64,000 nt of DNA from a virus. Shown in pieces: positions 36,365 to 45,288 of this stretch. A model generated the notes under the pieces. The model was not told the DNA's origin. It did not search any database and saw only the letters and a program-made list of their open reading frames with translations. The position numbers were made by a program, and so were the translations under genes. How positions within the stretch are numbered: position 1 is the stretch's first letter; the number at the start of each line of letters is the position of its first letter. Where the stretch lies: IMG/VR virus record IMGVR_UViG_3300032236_001129, positions 36,207 through 100,206 of that record; one strand, written 5' to 3'.

Positions 36365-36754
36365 TTACCTCGTTATCATTCCGTCAGGGCTAAAGTTTGC
36401 AGTGCTTACTGATAGGCTAGCTAGAGTGCTGTTAGGCATAGTTAAGGTTAGGTTAACCTGCCCAACCCCATCAGTTCCTTGTGCAACAACCTTTAAATCA
36501 GCTACTTCGATATCTGGAATCCACCTAGCAATTGCTTGTCTGATGGCTTGATTAACAGCTGCCTCAAAGTTGTTTTGGTTTTCAAAAAGTGCAGAATCAA
36601 TATCTGTACCGTACTCTGTGAGGATAGGGCGTTGACCTACCCGGGTAGATAGAAGAGTAAGAACCCTGTCTATCCAAATCTTATTTGTATCTGTAGTAGC
36701 TTTTACTACCCCAAAACCATCTAAGGTATATGGGTAGGATATTGATTTACTCAT
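36365..36754 (-). CDS. Baseplate wedge gp25-like protein
   Basis: LLSTRVGQRPILTEYGT...LFE...AIARWIP. Confidence 0.85.
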   Translation of the reverse strand: MSKSISYPYTLDGFGVVKATTDTNKIWIDRVLTLLSTRVGQRPILTEYGTDIDSALFENQNNFEAAVNQAIRQAIARWIPDIEVADLKVVAQGTDGVGQVNLTLTMPNSTLASLSVSTANFSPDGMITR

Positions 36755-37284
36755 GGTTCAATTCCAATCCATACAGGGTTTTCAGTCAGCCCACCAATAA
36801 ACATAACCCACACATTTTGGCCTACTCTAGGGATAATTCTATGGGGTGTATGCTCATCTGTCGTGTTAGTCTCTTGCGAATCATTCCATTTTTCCGTAGT
36901 ATTTGGATCGGTAACGTGGGCATGGTCAAGAGGATCAACACCAGGCTTAGCTACAATTGTCAAAGCTGGTACTGAAACACTGTGGGTATGAGAAGGACTT
37001 CCACCAGATGCTGAGGTAACTGTCTTAGCTTCAGTAGTAAGTAGTGCCGCCACGTCTGCGGCTGTGTGAGCTATATGATCTGGGTGGTTAGAGTTACTGG
37101 TAATAGGAAGGCATGCTACCGCCCAACCAGTCTTAGCTGCCCCAGTAGGCATATGAACAGCTACTTTAATTCTGCTTTTCTTTAAAGGATCTTTAATATC
37201 TTTTACGGTAGCTCGATATATCCCATAATACCTTGGTCGGTGTTGTGGGTCAAATCCATACTCTAATGAAGATGTGTCAATCAT
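36751..37284 (-). CDS. Baseplate spike OB-fold protein (gpV/gp5 N-terminal-like)
   Basis: YYGIYRATV...DPLKKSRIKV...PRVGQNVWVMFIGG...PVWIG. Confidence 0.8.
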   Translation of the reverse strand: MIDTSSLEYGFDPQHRPRYYGIYRATVKDIKDPLKKSRIKVAVHMPTGAAKTGWAVACLPITSNSNHPDHIAHTAADVAALLTTEAKTVTSASGGSPSHTHSVSVPALTIVAKPGVDPLDHAHVTDPNTTEKWNDSQETNTTDEHTPHRIIPRVGQNVWVMFIGGLTENPVWIGIEP

Positions 37285-37898
37285 CAGGTGACCTTCCTTG
37301 CCGAAGTTGTAATCCAGGTAGTCTTACGTTTTACGTGCTTAAAATTTGGCGCCTTAGTAGAGTATATATCCTTGGTGATGCCTGCTGGTACAGCGATAGC
37401 TGGAGGGGTATTTACAAATGATTGATCGGTAGCCCCATAAGTATTTACTAGGTCTGATTGATTTGGGGAAAGCGATACGTCCATTAACTGTGGGGTTGGC
37501 TGTGCAGGTATTGACTGGCCAGAAACCTCAGCCTGGACATCTCTTAGAGATGTAGACTTTCTAGCATTAGGATTAACCTCCCCAATAACATCAGTTCCTA
37601 CCTCAAGTTCAAGTAGGTACTTAGCTGGAATACCGCCAAAGGTGTGGCGTACAGAGATAACCGTCCAGTAACCGGACAGCCCGTTAGGCAAACCATCTAG
37701 ATAAATAGGCTGGTAGGGCTTAACAGAAACATTTCCTACAACAGAAACCTTAGCTCTATGTGTCCACTTCTTAGCAGCAGAATAATCTGCAGCAAGCTGC
37801 TTAGATTCTGCAAGGCTAGATACCACATCATGTGTTTGATACTTTTTAAATTTAGCTGGGGCTGGTTTACCAGGCTTGCTATTGGAATACGTGGTCAC
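37284..37898 (-). CDS. Baseplate hub, C-terminal half (gpD/gp27-like)
   Basis: VVGNVSVKPYQPIYLDGL...SGYWTVISVRHTF. Confidence 0.65.
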   Translation of the reverse strand: MTTYSNSKPGKPAPAKFKKYQTHDVVSSLAESKQLAADYSAAKKWTHRAKVSVVGNVSVKPYQPIYLDGLPNGLSGYWTVISVRHTFGGIPAKYLLELEVGTDVIGEVNPNARKSTSLRDVQAEVSGQSIPAQPTPQLMDVSLSPNQSDLVNTYGATDQSFVNTPPAIAVPAGITKDIYSTKAPNFKHVKRKTTWITTSARKVT

Positions 37899-38743
37899 TT
37901 AAAAAATCCTTTTCCAGGTTTAACAGCGCCCTTAGAAGGAGTAGCTTTCTTGTGCTTATGTGTAACCTTAACAGCTTTTTTCTTTCCAGCCTTGGTCACT
38001 GTTCCTGTGGTTACACGGTCCAGGCTTACTTCTAGTTCTGGAGATTCATCTGAAGGGTAAGCTTCAAAATTAAGAATGGTTCCTAGGTTTCTATCTGACT
38101 TAGTTACTACGCCACCCTGTGGGTTGTCGACATAGAAAAAATAAGGTGCGCTATTTTTATGATCATTATAAAGCTTGTCTTTAGACATAAAGATAATAGA
38201 TGTGTTGTCTGCTCTCAAAGCAAAGCCAGTCTGGGCCGCAAGACGACGACAAAACTGCCAGTCACTAACACCAGTTTGAGTAAGGGAAGCAAACTTATGG
38301 GGATGACGCTGAGTAACAGTGGTCATACCGTGCTTCTTAGCAATTTTAGTTATGCATTGGTCTGCAGTTACGTTTGTATAGATCTGTTGATCAGCATCTT
38401 TAAGAAGGTATGAAGCCCCTACGCAGACAACGTCTGTGTTATTTACTCTCAAAGTGTTCTTTGATACAGGGCTGTAGACGTACCCATTCCAGGTAGCTTT
38501 TACTTTTTCTGACTGAAAGGTAAAGATTACCGGATCTCCACTTTTAAGTTCTGTACCTTTTACAAAAGGTTTTCCTTTAAAGTGCAAGACTAAACGATCG
38601 TGTTGCTCTATGTCTTGGTAGAGCTCAGCGCCAATCAGGATGAGTTCAAGCTCAGGAGCTTTTGGAAAAGACACTGTAAAGTCTGATCCAGCTGTGGCCG
38701 CCTGCCACTGGAACATTTGAGTTGATGGACTATTGATTGCCAT
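37895..38743 (-). CDS. Baseplate hub, N-terminal half (gpD/gp27-like)
   Basis: TADQCITKIAKKHG...QTGVSDWQFCRRLAAQTGF. Confidence 0.75.
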   Translation of the reverse strand: MAINSPSTQMFQWQAATAGSDFTVSFPKAPELELILIGAELYQDIEQHDRLVLHFKGKPFVKGTELKSGDPVIFTFQSEKVKATWNGYVYSPVSKNTLRVNNTDVVCVGASYLLKDADQQIYTNVTADQCITKIAKKHGMTTVTQRHPHKFASLTQTGVSDWQFCRRLAAQTGFALRADNTSIIFMSKDKLYNDHKNSAPYFFYVDNPQGGVVTKSDRNLGTILNFEAYPSDESPELEVSLDRVTTGTVTKAGKKKAVKVTHKHKKATPSKGAVKPGKGFFK

Positions 38744-39017
38744 ACGGTACTCTCACAACAGTTCCTGGAGTGATGTTTAGTGGGTTGATAATCTCTGGGT
38801 TGATCTCCATAATTTCCCACCAGTATTTAGAGCCATCGCCATACTTAGCAGCTAATGCTCCTAAGCTATCGCCGTCTTCCCAAACATGTTCAACGTATCT
38901 ACGCTGTATAGTAGAAGGCCACTTTCTAAAGACACCAATGTTATAAATGCTTGAGTACTTATCAGGCAGCTGAAAAAGAGGACCATCGTTGTATCGAGAT
39001 ACAATTTCTATTGCCAT
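38730..39017 (-). CDS. LysM-like baseplate protein (gpX/gp53-like); start refined to MAIEIV
   Basis: GDSLGALAAKYGD...WWEIMEINP.I.NP....PG..VRVP. Confidence 0.8.
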   Translation of the reverse strand: MAIEIVSRYNDGPLFQLPDKYSSIYNIGVFRKWPSTIQRRYVEHVWEDGDSLGALAAKYGDGSKYWWEIMEINPEIINPLNITPGTVVRVPYGNQ

Positions 39018-40684
39018 TATTGTCCTCCTGGTGTAGTAGTTGTGCTCTTGAGGTATTCCTTTTCTTTCTGTAAAATCCAACCAGTAGACTTAGCACTGCT
39101 CTGATCAAAGACAGGGTAGCGGTTAATAGTTAGTGAAACTACTGAAAGAGTAGGGATCATATCTTTTGTAAACATAACATGGTTAACGCTTAGTCCAGCA
39201 AGACCACCGTAGTATCGCATGTTGTCATGGAATTGTAGCCAAAATGGAGTACCGGTAATATAGCCATAGTCTGATGTTTCCCCGCCATAAGTTAATAGGC
39301 CCGTCTTATTAGGAGTTCCATTAACTACACGGTACAGCCATTCTAAATCGTATTCTGTTCCACGATTTAAAAGCCCCTTTTGATCAACATCAGATAAGCC
39401 TTTACCAGGATAAGCTCCAGCTTTATATCCACGCTTTAGCAGACTGAGGTCTTGAATCCTATTTAAATAAAGATCAAACGTAACAATAGTAGGTCCACCA
39501 AGAACGTTTGCCGGATCTGTAGTATTTCCTAGTGTCCAGTCAATTGGAGTATTAGCAGAAGTGGTATAGCTAATAGTAGTTGGATTATAAGTAAAGTTAA
39601 ATTGATAGACTTGGTTTTTACCTTTGCCTGTTTTTATATTTAAATTTTGTGCAGTAGATACATCCTGAATTATATATCCAAGAGGGTGTGTAGCAGTTAC
39701 ACTGCTATAAGCAGCAGAATTTGTTTTTAATACCTGCGCAGCAGTTGCAGGATCAGGGACATAAAAGTTACTATCATTCTGTGTCATGAGTTCATCAAGG
39801 CTAGGACGTCTTGTCCAAATATGATTAGGCGGATTTGCTGAAATATCGCTGTTAGCCGCAGTAGGCATAGCAGGATCAATAGAAAGGTTGTCTGAAGCAT
39901 TTACTGTATCTTGAACACCTTTAAGTAAAAGGGCTTGAGCCGCTTTCCAGTTAACACCGTTCTTTGTTTTATCTACGTTATTTGTTTGAGATAGGCGGTG
40001 CCCATCACGGCTATAAGTACTAACGGTAACCTTATACCCACCTGAAACTTGTGTTTGCTTTGCATAGATCCATGCGCCATCGGTTCCACTTAAAGGATCA
40101 AAAGTTAAGTTTGGAGCTTTAGCTCCTCCTTGAGGAAGAGTGTCTATGTACAACTGTGTTTGGTTACCGTAGTCAGGCTTAGTTTCGTTTGTATATGTTG
40201 TAGGAAAACTTGGTTGCACATTCTTAGAAGTTGTGTATGAAATACTTTGCAAAACTTTTCCAGTTTTTAATGGAACAGGGAGCTCAATAGTTCCCCCGTT
40301 GTCAAGCCCATTATCAGCATACCTAACAACAGTTATAGAAGGTTTAAATGTTCCAGGAATAGTGCTGGCCTTTACCTCTATTTCAAACTTTTCTCTGCGT
40401 CCAACACTACCGGGATAGTCAATTCCAATTGTTTTTACTGCAGGACTATTTACCCAGGAAATTACAGTTCCACCACTACCAACAGTTACCTTAGTTGTAT
40501 CTATAGCAGCAGATCCACTAGCGTAGTTTAACTGGTGTGCAGTGTCTTCTACATCTTTGTATACTCTAACAGTCCATCTTGCATTGCTGTCTTTAGCTAG
40601 CTTTACTGAGGTTGCGTTGGCAGCAGCTGGAGACCAGCTTCCATTAAAACTAGTCTCTAAACCAACTGTATAAAAGTATGACAT
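39017..40684 (-). CDS. Tail tube initiator-like protein with an N-terminal extension
   Basis: C-terminal FNFTYNPTTI...FDLYLNR...LSVNHVMF..M.P; lies between the tape measure and LysM genes. Confidence 0.6.
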   Translation of the reverse strand: MSYFYTVGLETSFNGSWSPAAANATSVKLAKDSNARWTVRVYKDVEDTAHQLNYASGSAAIDTTKVTVGSGGTVISWVNSPAVKTIGIDYPGSVGRREKFEIEVKASTIPGTFKPSITVVRYADNGLDNGGTIELPVPLKTGKVLQSISYTTSKNVQPSFPTTYTNETKPDYGNQTQLYIDTLPQGGAKAPNLTFDPLSGTDGAWIYAKQTQVSGGYKVTVSTYSRDGHRLSQTNNVDKTKNGVNWKAAQALLLKGVQDTVNASDNLSIDPAMPTAANSDISANPPNHIWTRRPSLDELMTQNDSNFYVPDPATAAQVLKTNSAAYSSVTATHPLGYIIQDVSTAQNLNIKTGKGKNQVYQFNFTYNPTTISYTTSANTPIDWTLGNTTDPANVLGGPTIVTFDLYLNRIQDLSLLKRGYKAGAYPGKGLSDVDQKGLLNRGTEYDLEWLYRVVNGTPNKTGLLTYGGETSDYGYITGTPFWLQFHDNMRYYGGLAGLSVNHVMFTKDMIPTLSVVSLTINRYPVFDQSSAKSTGWILQKEKEYLKSTTTTPGGQ

Positions 40685-43665
40685 TAGAAGACACCAATCT
40701 GATGTAGTTTAAGCTTGCTTTCTAGCTTGTTAGCAAATATATGAACCATACGTTCTGCTTCTTGTGCACTTGCTTGAGCAATATTAACATCCATTTTAAC
40801 ATTAATAATCATGCTTCGTCCACCGCCGCCTAAGCCCATACCCTTAGCCTTGGCATTAGGAATAATGGTTCCATTAACATCTGGTACGAATACTTCTGGT
40901 CCACCTTCACCAACAACGTATGGAGTAGTTCCCTTTACTTCTCCGCCCGCATAACGACCAGGAATCTTAAGGGCTGCTCTTGTTGCAGCAGCATCGCCCA
41001 AAAATTTAGCAAACTTACCTTTAGTAAAGGTTGCCCAAGGAGACCAGTTGGTTCCACCCTTACTCTTATTAAATGCTGCGTCTACGTTAAATTCAGGATC
41101 GGTTAACCTGCTTGGATTGCGGTAATAATCACTAGACCCTTTACCGTCAAAGTTTTTCCAGTTCTTTAGAGAACGTATTTGAAATAGACCAATACTTGGG
41201 CCCCACTTTGAATCCTGCAGATCAACATCACCTAAGGCTTTAGAACGACCGCCTGATTCTGCAAGAGCCACGGCGTATGCTGTATCCAAAGCTTTGCCTT
41301 TAAAACCTTTTCTGTAGAGTAGCTGCATTAAATCAGTGTGGGCTACAGTTCCTCCACCACTAATCTTTGAGTAGTCTACAGACAGACTAGAAGCTCTTTT
41401 AGCTGCCACTGGTCCAAGATTTTTAAGAAGATCGTTGTAGTTAATTGCTCCGCTGCCATGAGTAAGGCTTCCAATTAATGATGTTAGATCGCCTGAACTA
41501 AGGTCTCCGCTAGCACCTTTTTTATTTAAATTGATGTTGCTTTCGGTGCCGTACTTTTTACCTACAGGGCTAGGACCTTTACCAAACAAAGATTTAACAG
41601 CATTAAACAAACTACTAAATATGTTTCCTCGTCCAAATAAAGGTCTAGGATCTGTCTGGCCATTTCCTGTGCCTACAGAAGATCCGTACTCAAAGTGAAG
41701 GTGTGGTCCTGTAGAGTTTCCTGAACCTGGCCCGCCCATACGTCCACCTGATAAACCGATAACATCTCCAGCATTAACTCTCTTACCTGGATTAGCAAGG
41801 AACCTATTTAAATGTCCGTAAAGTGATTGACGTCCGTCTGGGTGTTGGATGACCGTATAGTTTCCATAACCCTTTGGATCCTTAGAAGTTTTAATAACTG
41901 TGCCGTTGTCTACAGCATATAGTTTTGTATTTTCTACAACACCATAGTCAATACCTTTGTGCATTCCGGTAATCATCTTTCCGTTAGCACCTTTATAGGT
42001 ACGCATTCCATAGCCAGCATTAACACGAGCTCCGCTAGGAACAGGAGAATGTAATTGATGGAATCCCTGACCACTACTGCTAGAAGCAGAGGCCTCACTA
42101 GGACCTCCTTGTCCCCCACCACCAAATAACTGACCTAAAATATTTGCCCCGCCAGCAAGAATGGCTGCACCGCCAGCAAGCAAAGGATCAAATGGTCCTG
42201 CCCAAGCACTAAACGCAGCAGTCGTAGCTCCAGCTATTGCAGCAGATCTGCCTACAGATCCCCAGTTAAATTTGCCGTTATTTGCTTTTCTATCTTTGTA
42301 TCCACCATATGCAGAGAGTAAGCTTCCAAGTACTGGAACAGCTTTACCAAATTTACCTAGTTTAGAAAAGTTACCTAATCTTGACATAAGAGTTGCTTGT
42401 TCAATTTTTGCTGCTACACCTTCAGCGGCTGCCCCTGATCCAAGAACTTTATTTAAAGCAAACTTTGTTCCTAAAGCATTAATACCTAAACCAGCAGCAG
42501 TAGATGTTAATCCACTAAGTGTTCCCGATACATTACCTGCTTGGGGAAAAGTCTGTAAAAAACCTTTAAGTCCCATAAGGGCATTTGTTACGCCCTGAGC
42601 TGCACCAGCTACACTAGCAAATGCATTATTAAGAGCAGTAGCTCCACCAAGGCCAGCGTTATATCCGCCTACTAATCCTTGTTGAGTATTTTGCAATACT
42701 CGATTTTCACTTGTTTGAAATTTAAAGTTAGCACGGTATGGGCTATCTTTACCTACACCCATAAGATCAAGAGACTTTTGTGCGTCACCTAAAGTTTTAG
42801 CATTAAGTGGATTTCCTCCACCCTTTGCACGTGCCACAACACCTGCTTGAAGTATGCCCATCAGCTCTTGGTTACCACCAGCTAACTGAGATAGTGTGTA
42901 ATATCCCTTAGAACCTGGGTTATAAACCATAGATGCTTGTTCAGCAGTAATTTTTCTTCCACGGTATAAGAAGTTATACGCAGAGTTAATCATGTCGCTA
43001 GGTGGTTTTAGTTGTCCGTTTGGATTACGAATGCTAATTCCAGCACGTAGGAAATTCATCCCGTTTGCTTGAGAAAGAGCCATAGCTACTTGTTGATTTG
43101 AACCACCAGTAATAGCACTAAGACCTGCCACTTGGGACATAATATTTTTAGAGCTAAGAGAACTGGCGGTATATCCTCCGCCGTACATAATTCCCATAGC
43201 AGCCATAGTTGGACCACCAGGGCCAGTCACACCGTTACCTACTGCACGATTAGCTTGACCAATAAGTTGATTAGCACTCATGCCGCTGATGCCGGCTACA
43301 GTATCTGCGGCTAAACGTTGTGTAACTGCTGTCATTGTATTTGGCGCCATGCTCATGGCTACTTGACCAGCAGCAGCTACACCGGTACCAATAGTAAAGA
43401 GACGTTGCCCTGTGCCCATACCCTTCCAAACAGCGCCCATATCGCCTAGGCCTATTTTGGAATTGGTTTTATTCTGTAAATTTTTAGCAAAGGCGGCAGA
43501 AGACTTTTCAGTCTCCTTCATTGCCTTAAGTAGTTTTTCTACTAAAGAGACAGCATCCTTAAGGCCCTTGACCATTTCTTTCTCTAGGCCAAGACCTTCA
43601 AAGTCAATCCCACCTATATTGGAGTTACCTCCATCTGATGGGCCTACTGTATTCTGTGTAGCCAC
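40684..43665 (-). CDS. Tape measure protein with M23 peptidase and lysozyme-like domains
   Basis: Ala/Gly-rich N-terminus; HKGIDYG...YGHL...STGPHLHFE (M23); AVALAESGG...SIGLFQI...WSPW (lysozyme-like); VGEGGPEVFVP. Confidence 0.9.
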   Translation of the reverse strand: MATQNTVGPSDGGNSNIGGIDFEGLGLEKEMVKGLKDAVSLVEKLLKAMKETEKSSAAFAKNLQNKTNSKIGLGDMGAVWKGMGTGQRLFTIGTGVAAAGQVAMSMAPNTMTAVTQRLAADTVAGISGMSANQLIGQANRAVGNGVTGPGGPTMAAMGIMYGGGYTASSLSSKNIMSQVAGLSAITGGSNQQVAMALSQANGMNFLRAGISIRNPNGQLKPPSDMINSAYNFLYRGRKITAEQASMVYNPGSKGYYTLSQLAGGNQELMGILQAGVVARAKGGGNPLNAKTLGDAQKSLDLMGVGKDSPYRANFKFQTSENRVLQNTQQGLVGGYNAGLGGATALNNAFASVAGAAQGVTNALMGLKGFLQTFPQAGNVSGTLSGLTSTAAGLGINALGTKFALNKVLGSGAAAEGVAAKIEQATLMSRLGNFSKLGKFGKAVPVLGSLLSAYGGYKDRKANNGKFNWGSVGRSAAIAGATTAAFSAWAGPFDPLLAGGAAILAGGANILGQLFGGGGQGGPSEASASSSSGQGFHQLHSPVPSGARVNAGYGMRTYKGANGKMITGMHKGIDYGVVENTKLYAVDNGTVIKTSKDPKGYGNYTVIQHPDGRQSLYGHLNRFLANPGKRVNAGDVIGLSGGRMGGPGSGNSTGPHLHFEYGSSVGTGNGQTDPRPLFGRGNIFSSLFNAVKSLFGKGPSPVGKKYGTESNINLNKKGASGDLSSGDLTSLIGSLTHGSGAINYNDLLKNLGPVAAKRASSLSVDYSKISGGGTVAHTDLMQLLYRKGFKGKALDTAYAVALAESGGRSKALGDVDLQDSKWGPSIGLFQIRSLKNWKNFDGKGSSDYYRNPSRLTDPEFNVDAAFNKSKGGTNWSPWATFTKGKFAKFLGDAAATRAALKIPGRYAGGEVKGTTPYVVGEGGPEVFVPDVNGTIIPNAKAKGMGLGGGGRSMIINVKMDVNIAQASAQEAERMVHIFANKLESKLKLHQIGVF

Positions 43666-43826
43666 TACTTACTCACCGCCTTCGGTCTTAAACTTGCTTG
43701 GACTAACCAAGTAATTCTTTCTCTTGGAGATAAAGAACGTAATTCGGTTAACGACCACCCTGGGTAGTATTGTGACAAGGTGTCAAATACTTGTACCAAA
43801 GTTATGTAATCGAACTGGTTGTTAAA
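43665..43826 (-). CDS. Tail assembly chaperone C-terminal extension (probably reached by a +1 frameshift)
   Basis: Read by hand: FNNQFDYITLVQVFDTLSQYYPGWSLTELRSLSPRERITWLVQASLRPKAVSK; no ATG; its TAG overlaps the tape measure GTG. Confidence 0.7.
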   Translation of the reverse strand, partial: FNNQFDYITLVQVFDTLSQYYPGWSLTELRSLSPRERITWLVQASLRPKAVSK

Positions 43827-44643
43827 ACAAATCCGCTAGTGTTAGCGGAAGCGGTACCTCCAGCCCGCAAGCCTTACAGTTCTTCTTAATCTCATTGAGT
43901 TGTGGACCAGGGTTTCGGGATGATATAGCGTCTAGGATGTCTCTACGATCTTTGATACTTAGGTTACGGATCTGTTGTACAGACATAACCGGTAGACCAT
44001 TGATTGCAGTGACGCATCCGTTAAGCAGAATTGTATCTAATTCTGCTGCAGTTTTGTTGGTTGAGTTCACTAGTTCCTTCTGTACTCCGCCGTCTGGTAG
44101 AGAAACCTCTACTTTGCCGACCTTGCAGTCAAGGGTAAAGCTACGCTCATTTTCTTCTAGTTCCTTAATAGGAACGTCTTTATTTAGATCAATATCAAAA
44201 GTCTGTTCTTCACCGCACTCTGGACAGTTGCCAGGTCCAAGCTTAATCTCAGCTCCAAAGGTAACCTTACGGATAGCTAGGATAAGAGTTTCACGATCTC
44301 CAGCTAGCAAGGCATCCAAGTCAGCTTTCTTAGCTGGCTCATCTCCAAGCTTTACTGTTCCACGTTCTAAGATAACCAATAAGCTTTTAGGGATATCGCT
44401 TACCTTAGCAATCGCTTCTTCGTCTGCTCCGTTAAGCTCACGAACTTCTGCGGTACTGATGACGCCCAGAACTGGGTCTAATAGACCACCTGGTAGTGTC
44501 ACAGAGGTATCAGGTGGTAGCTCGATAGAGGGTTCAACCTCTTGAGCTACCTCCTGATTAGCCTCTGCAATAGCGTCGTTTACTAGCTTAGTAGCTAGCG
44601 TTGGATCAGTTGATGCACTAATTGTTTTTGTACTAGTTGCCAT
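43822..44643 (-). CDS. Tail assembly chaperone (T4 gp26-like)
   Basis: VRELNGADEE, GDRE..ILAIR..TFG, CPEC and CKAC; lies between the tube and tape measure genes. Confidence 0.75.
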   Translation of the reverse strand: MATSTKTISASTDPTLATKLVNDAIAEANQEVAQEVEPSIELPPDTSVTLPGGLLDPVLGVISTAEVRELNGADEEAIAKVSDIPKSLLVILERGTVKLGDEPAKKADLDALLAGDRETLILAIRKVTFGAEIKLGPGNCPECGEEQTFDIDLNKDVPIKELEENERSFTLDCKVGKVEVSLPDGGVQKELVNSTNKTAAELDTILLNGCVTAINGLPVMSVQQIRNLSIKDRRDILDAISSRNPGPQLNEIKKNCKACGLEVPLPLTLADLF

Positions 44644-44665
44644 GTTATATTCCTTTTGTTATTAG

Positions 44666-45274
44666 TTAAGCGATGGTTGCGCTTGTCTTGTAGTCTCCTG
44701 CAATTGCGACGTCGAATCCTTCATGGACCATGGTCATTTCTTCAACCATGAGAGCGTTAGCTCCTGCATCCAAACTGCCGTAAGACAGTGATGTGATCCA
44801 GCAGTTGTAGAGCTTGAACTCCATAGAGACATGTTGTTCTCCTGGGTTAGCTGCTACTTCTGTTCCGCCAGCCTTGTAACCGCCTGGGTTTGGATGGCTA
44901 AGGACCTTGATTACAGTGTTGCAACGGAAACCTGAACCTGCGCCTAGTTTGTCATCTGCTGCTCCAAGAGCAAACACACGACGGAACCAGTTCTGGCTAG
45001 AGTTTTGACCAAGGATAATACCCTTTGAGAAGGTAATTGGTGTGTAGGATGTCTGACCAGGGATTTGGTGAACGTTGGTGTTGTAGCCACCTTCACGGTA
45101 AGCAATTGATTCGATAGAGGCACTGAAGCCTGAAACTGAAACGAATCCCATTTGTGTAAGCTTTGAGTCGCTCCAGACGTTCTCTCCATCAATTGGATAG
45201 AACTCTACAACGAACTTAAAGTTACGAACTGGATCAGTAGCCAGTGTACTCTTTAGACGATCATATGATGCCAT
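44666..45274 (-). CDS. Tail tube protein (gp19-like)
   Basis: DPVRNFKF, GF..VSG, YREGG, PG.T.Y.PIT..KG, VEEMTMVHEG. Confidence 0.9.
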   Translation of the reverse strand: MASYDRLKSTLATDPVRNFKFVVEFYPIDGENVWSDSKLTQMGFVSVSGFSASIESIAYREGGYNTNVHQIPGQTSYTPITFSKGIILGQNSSQNWFRRVFALGAADDKLGAGSGFRCNTVIKVLSHPNPGGYKAGGTEVAANPGEQHVSMEFKLYNCWITSLSYGSLDAGANALMVEEMTMVHEGFDVAIAGDYKTSATIA

Positions 45275-45288
45275 TTTTAGTTATCTCC

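Noticed and set aside
37895-37915. -1 frameshift at GGA TTT TTT AAG joining the hub halves
   Set aside because: The -1 frame has TAA immediately after the T run, before the downstream GTG.
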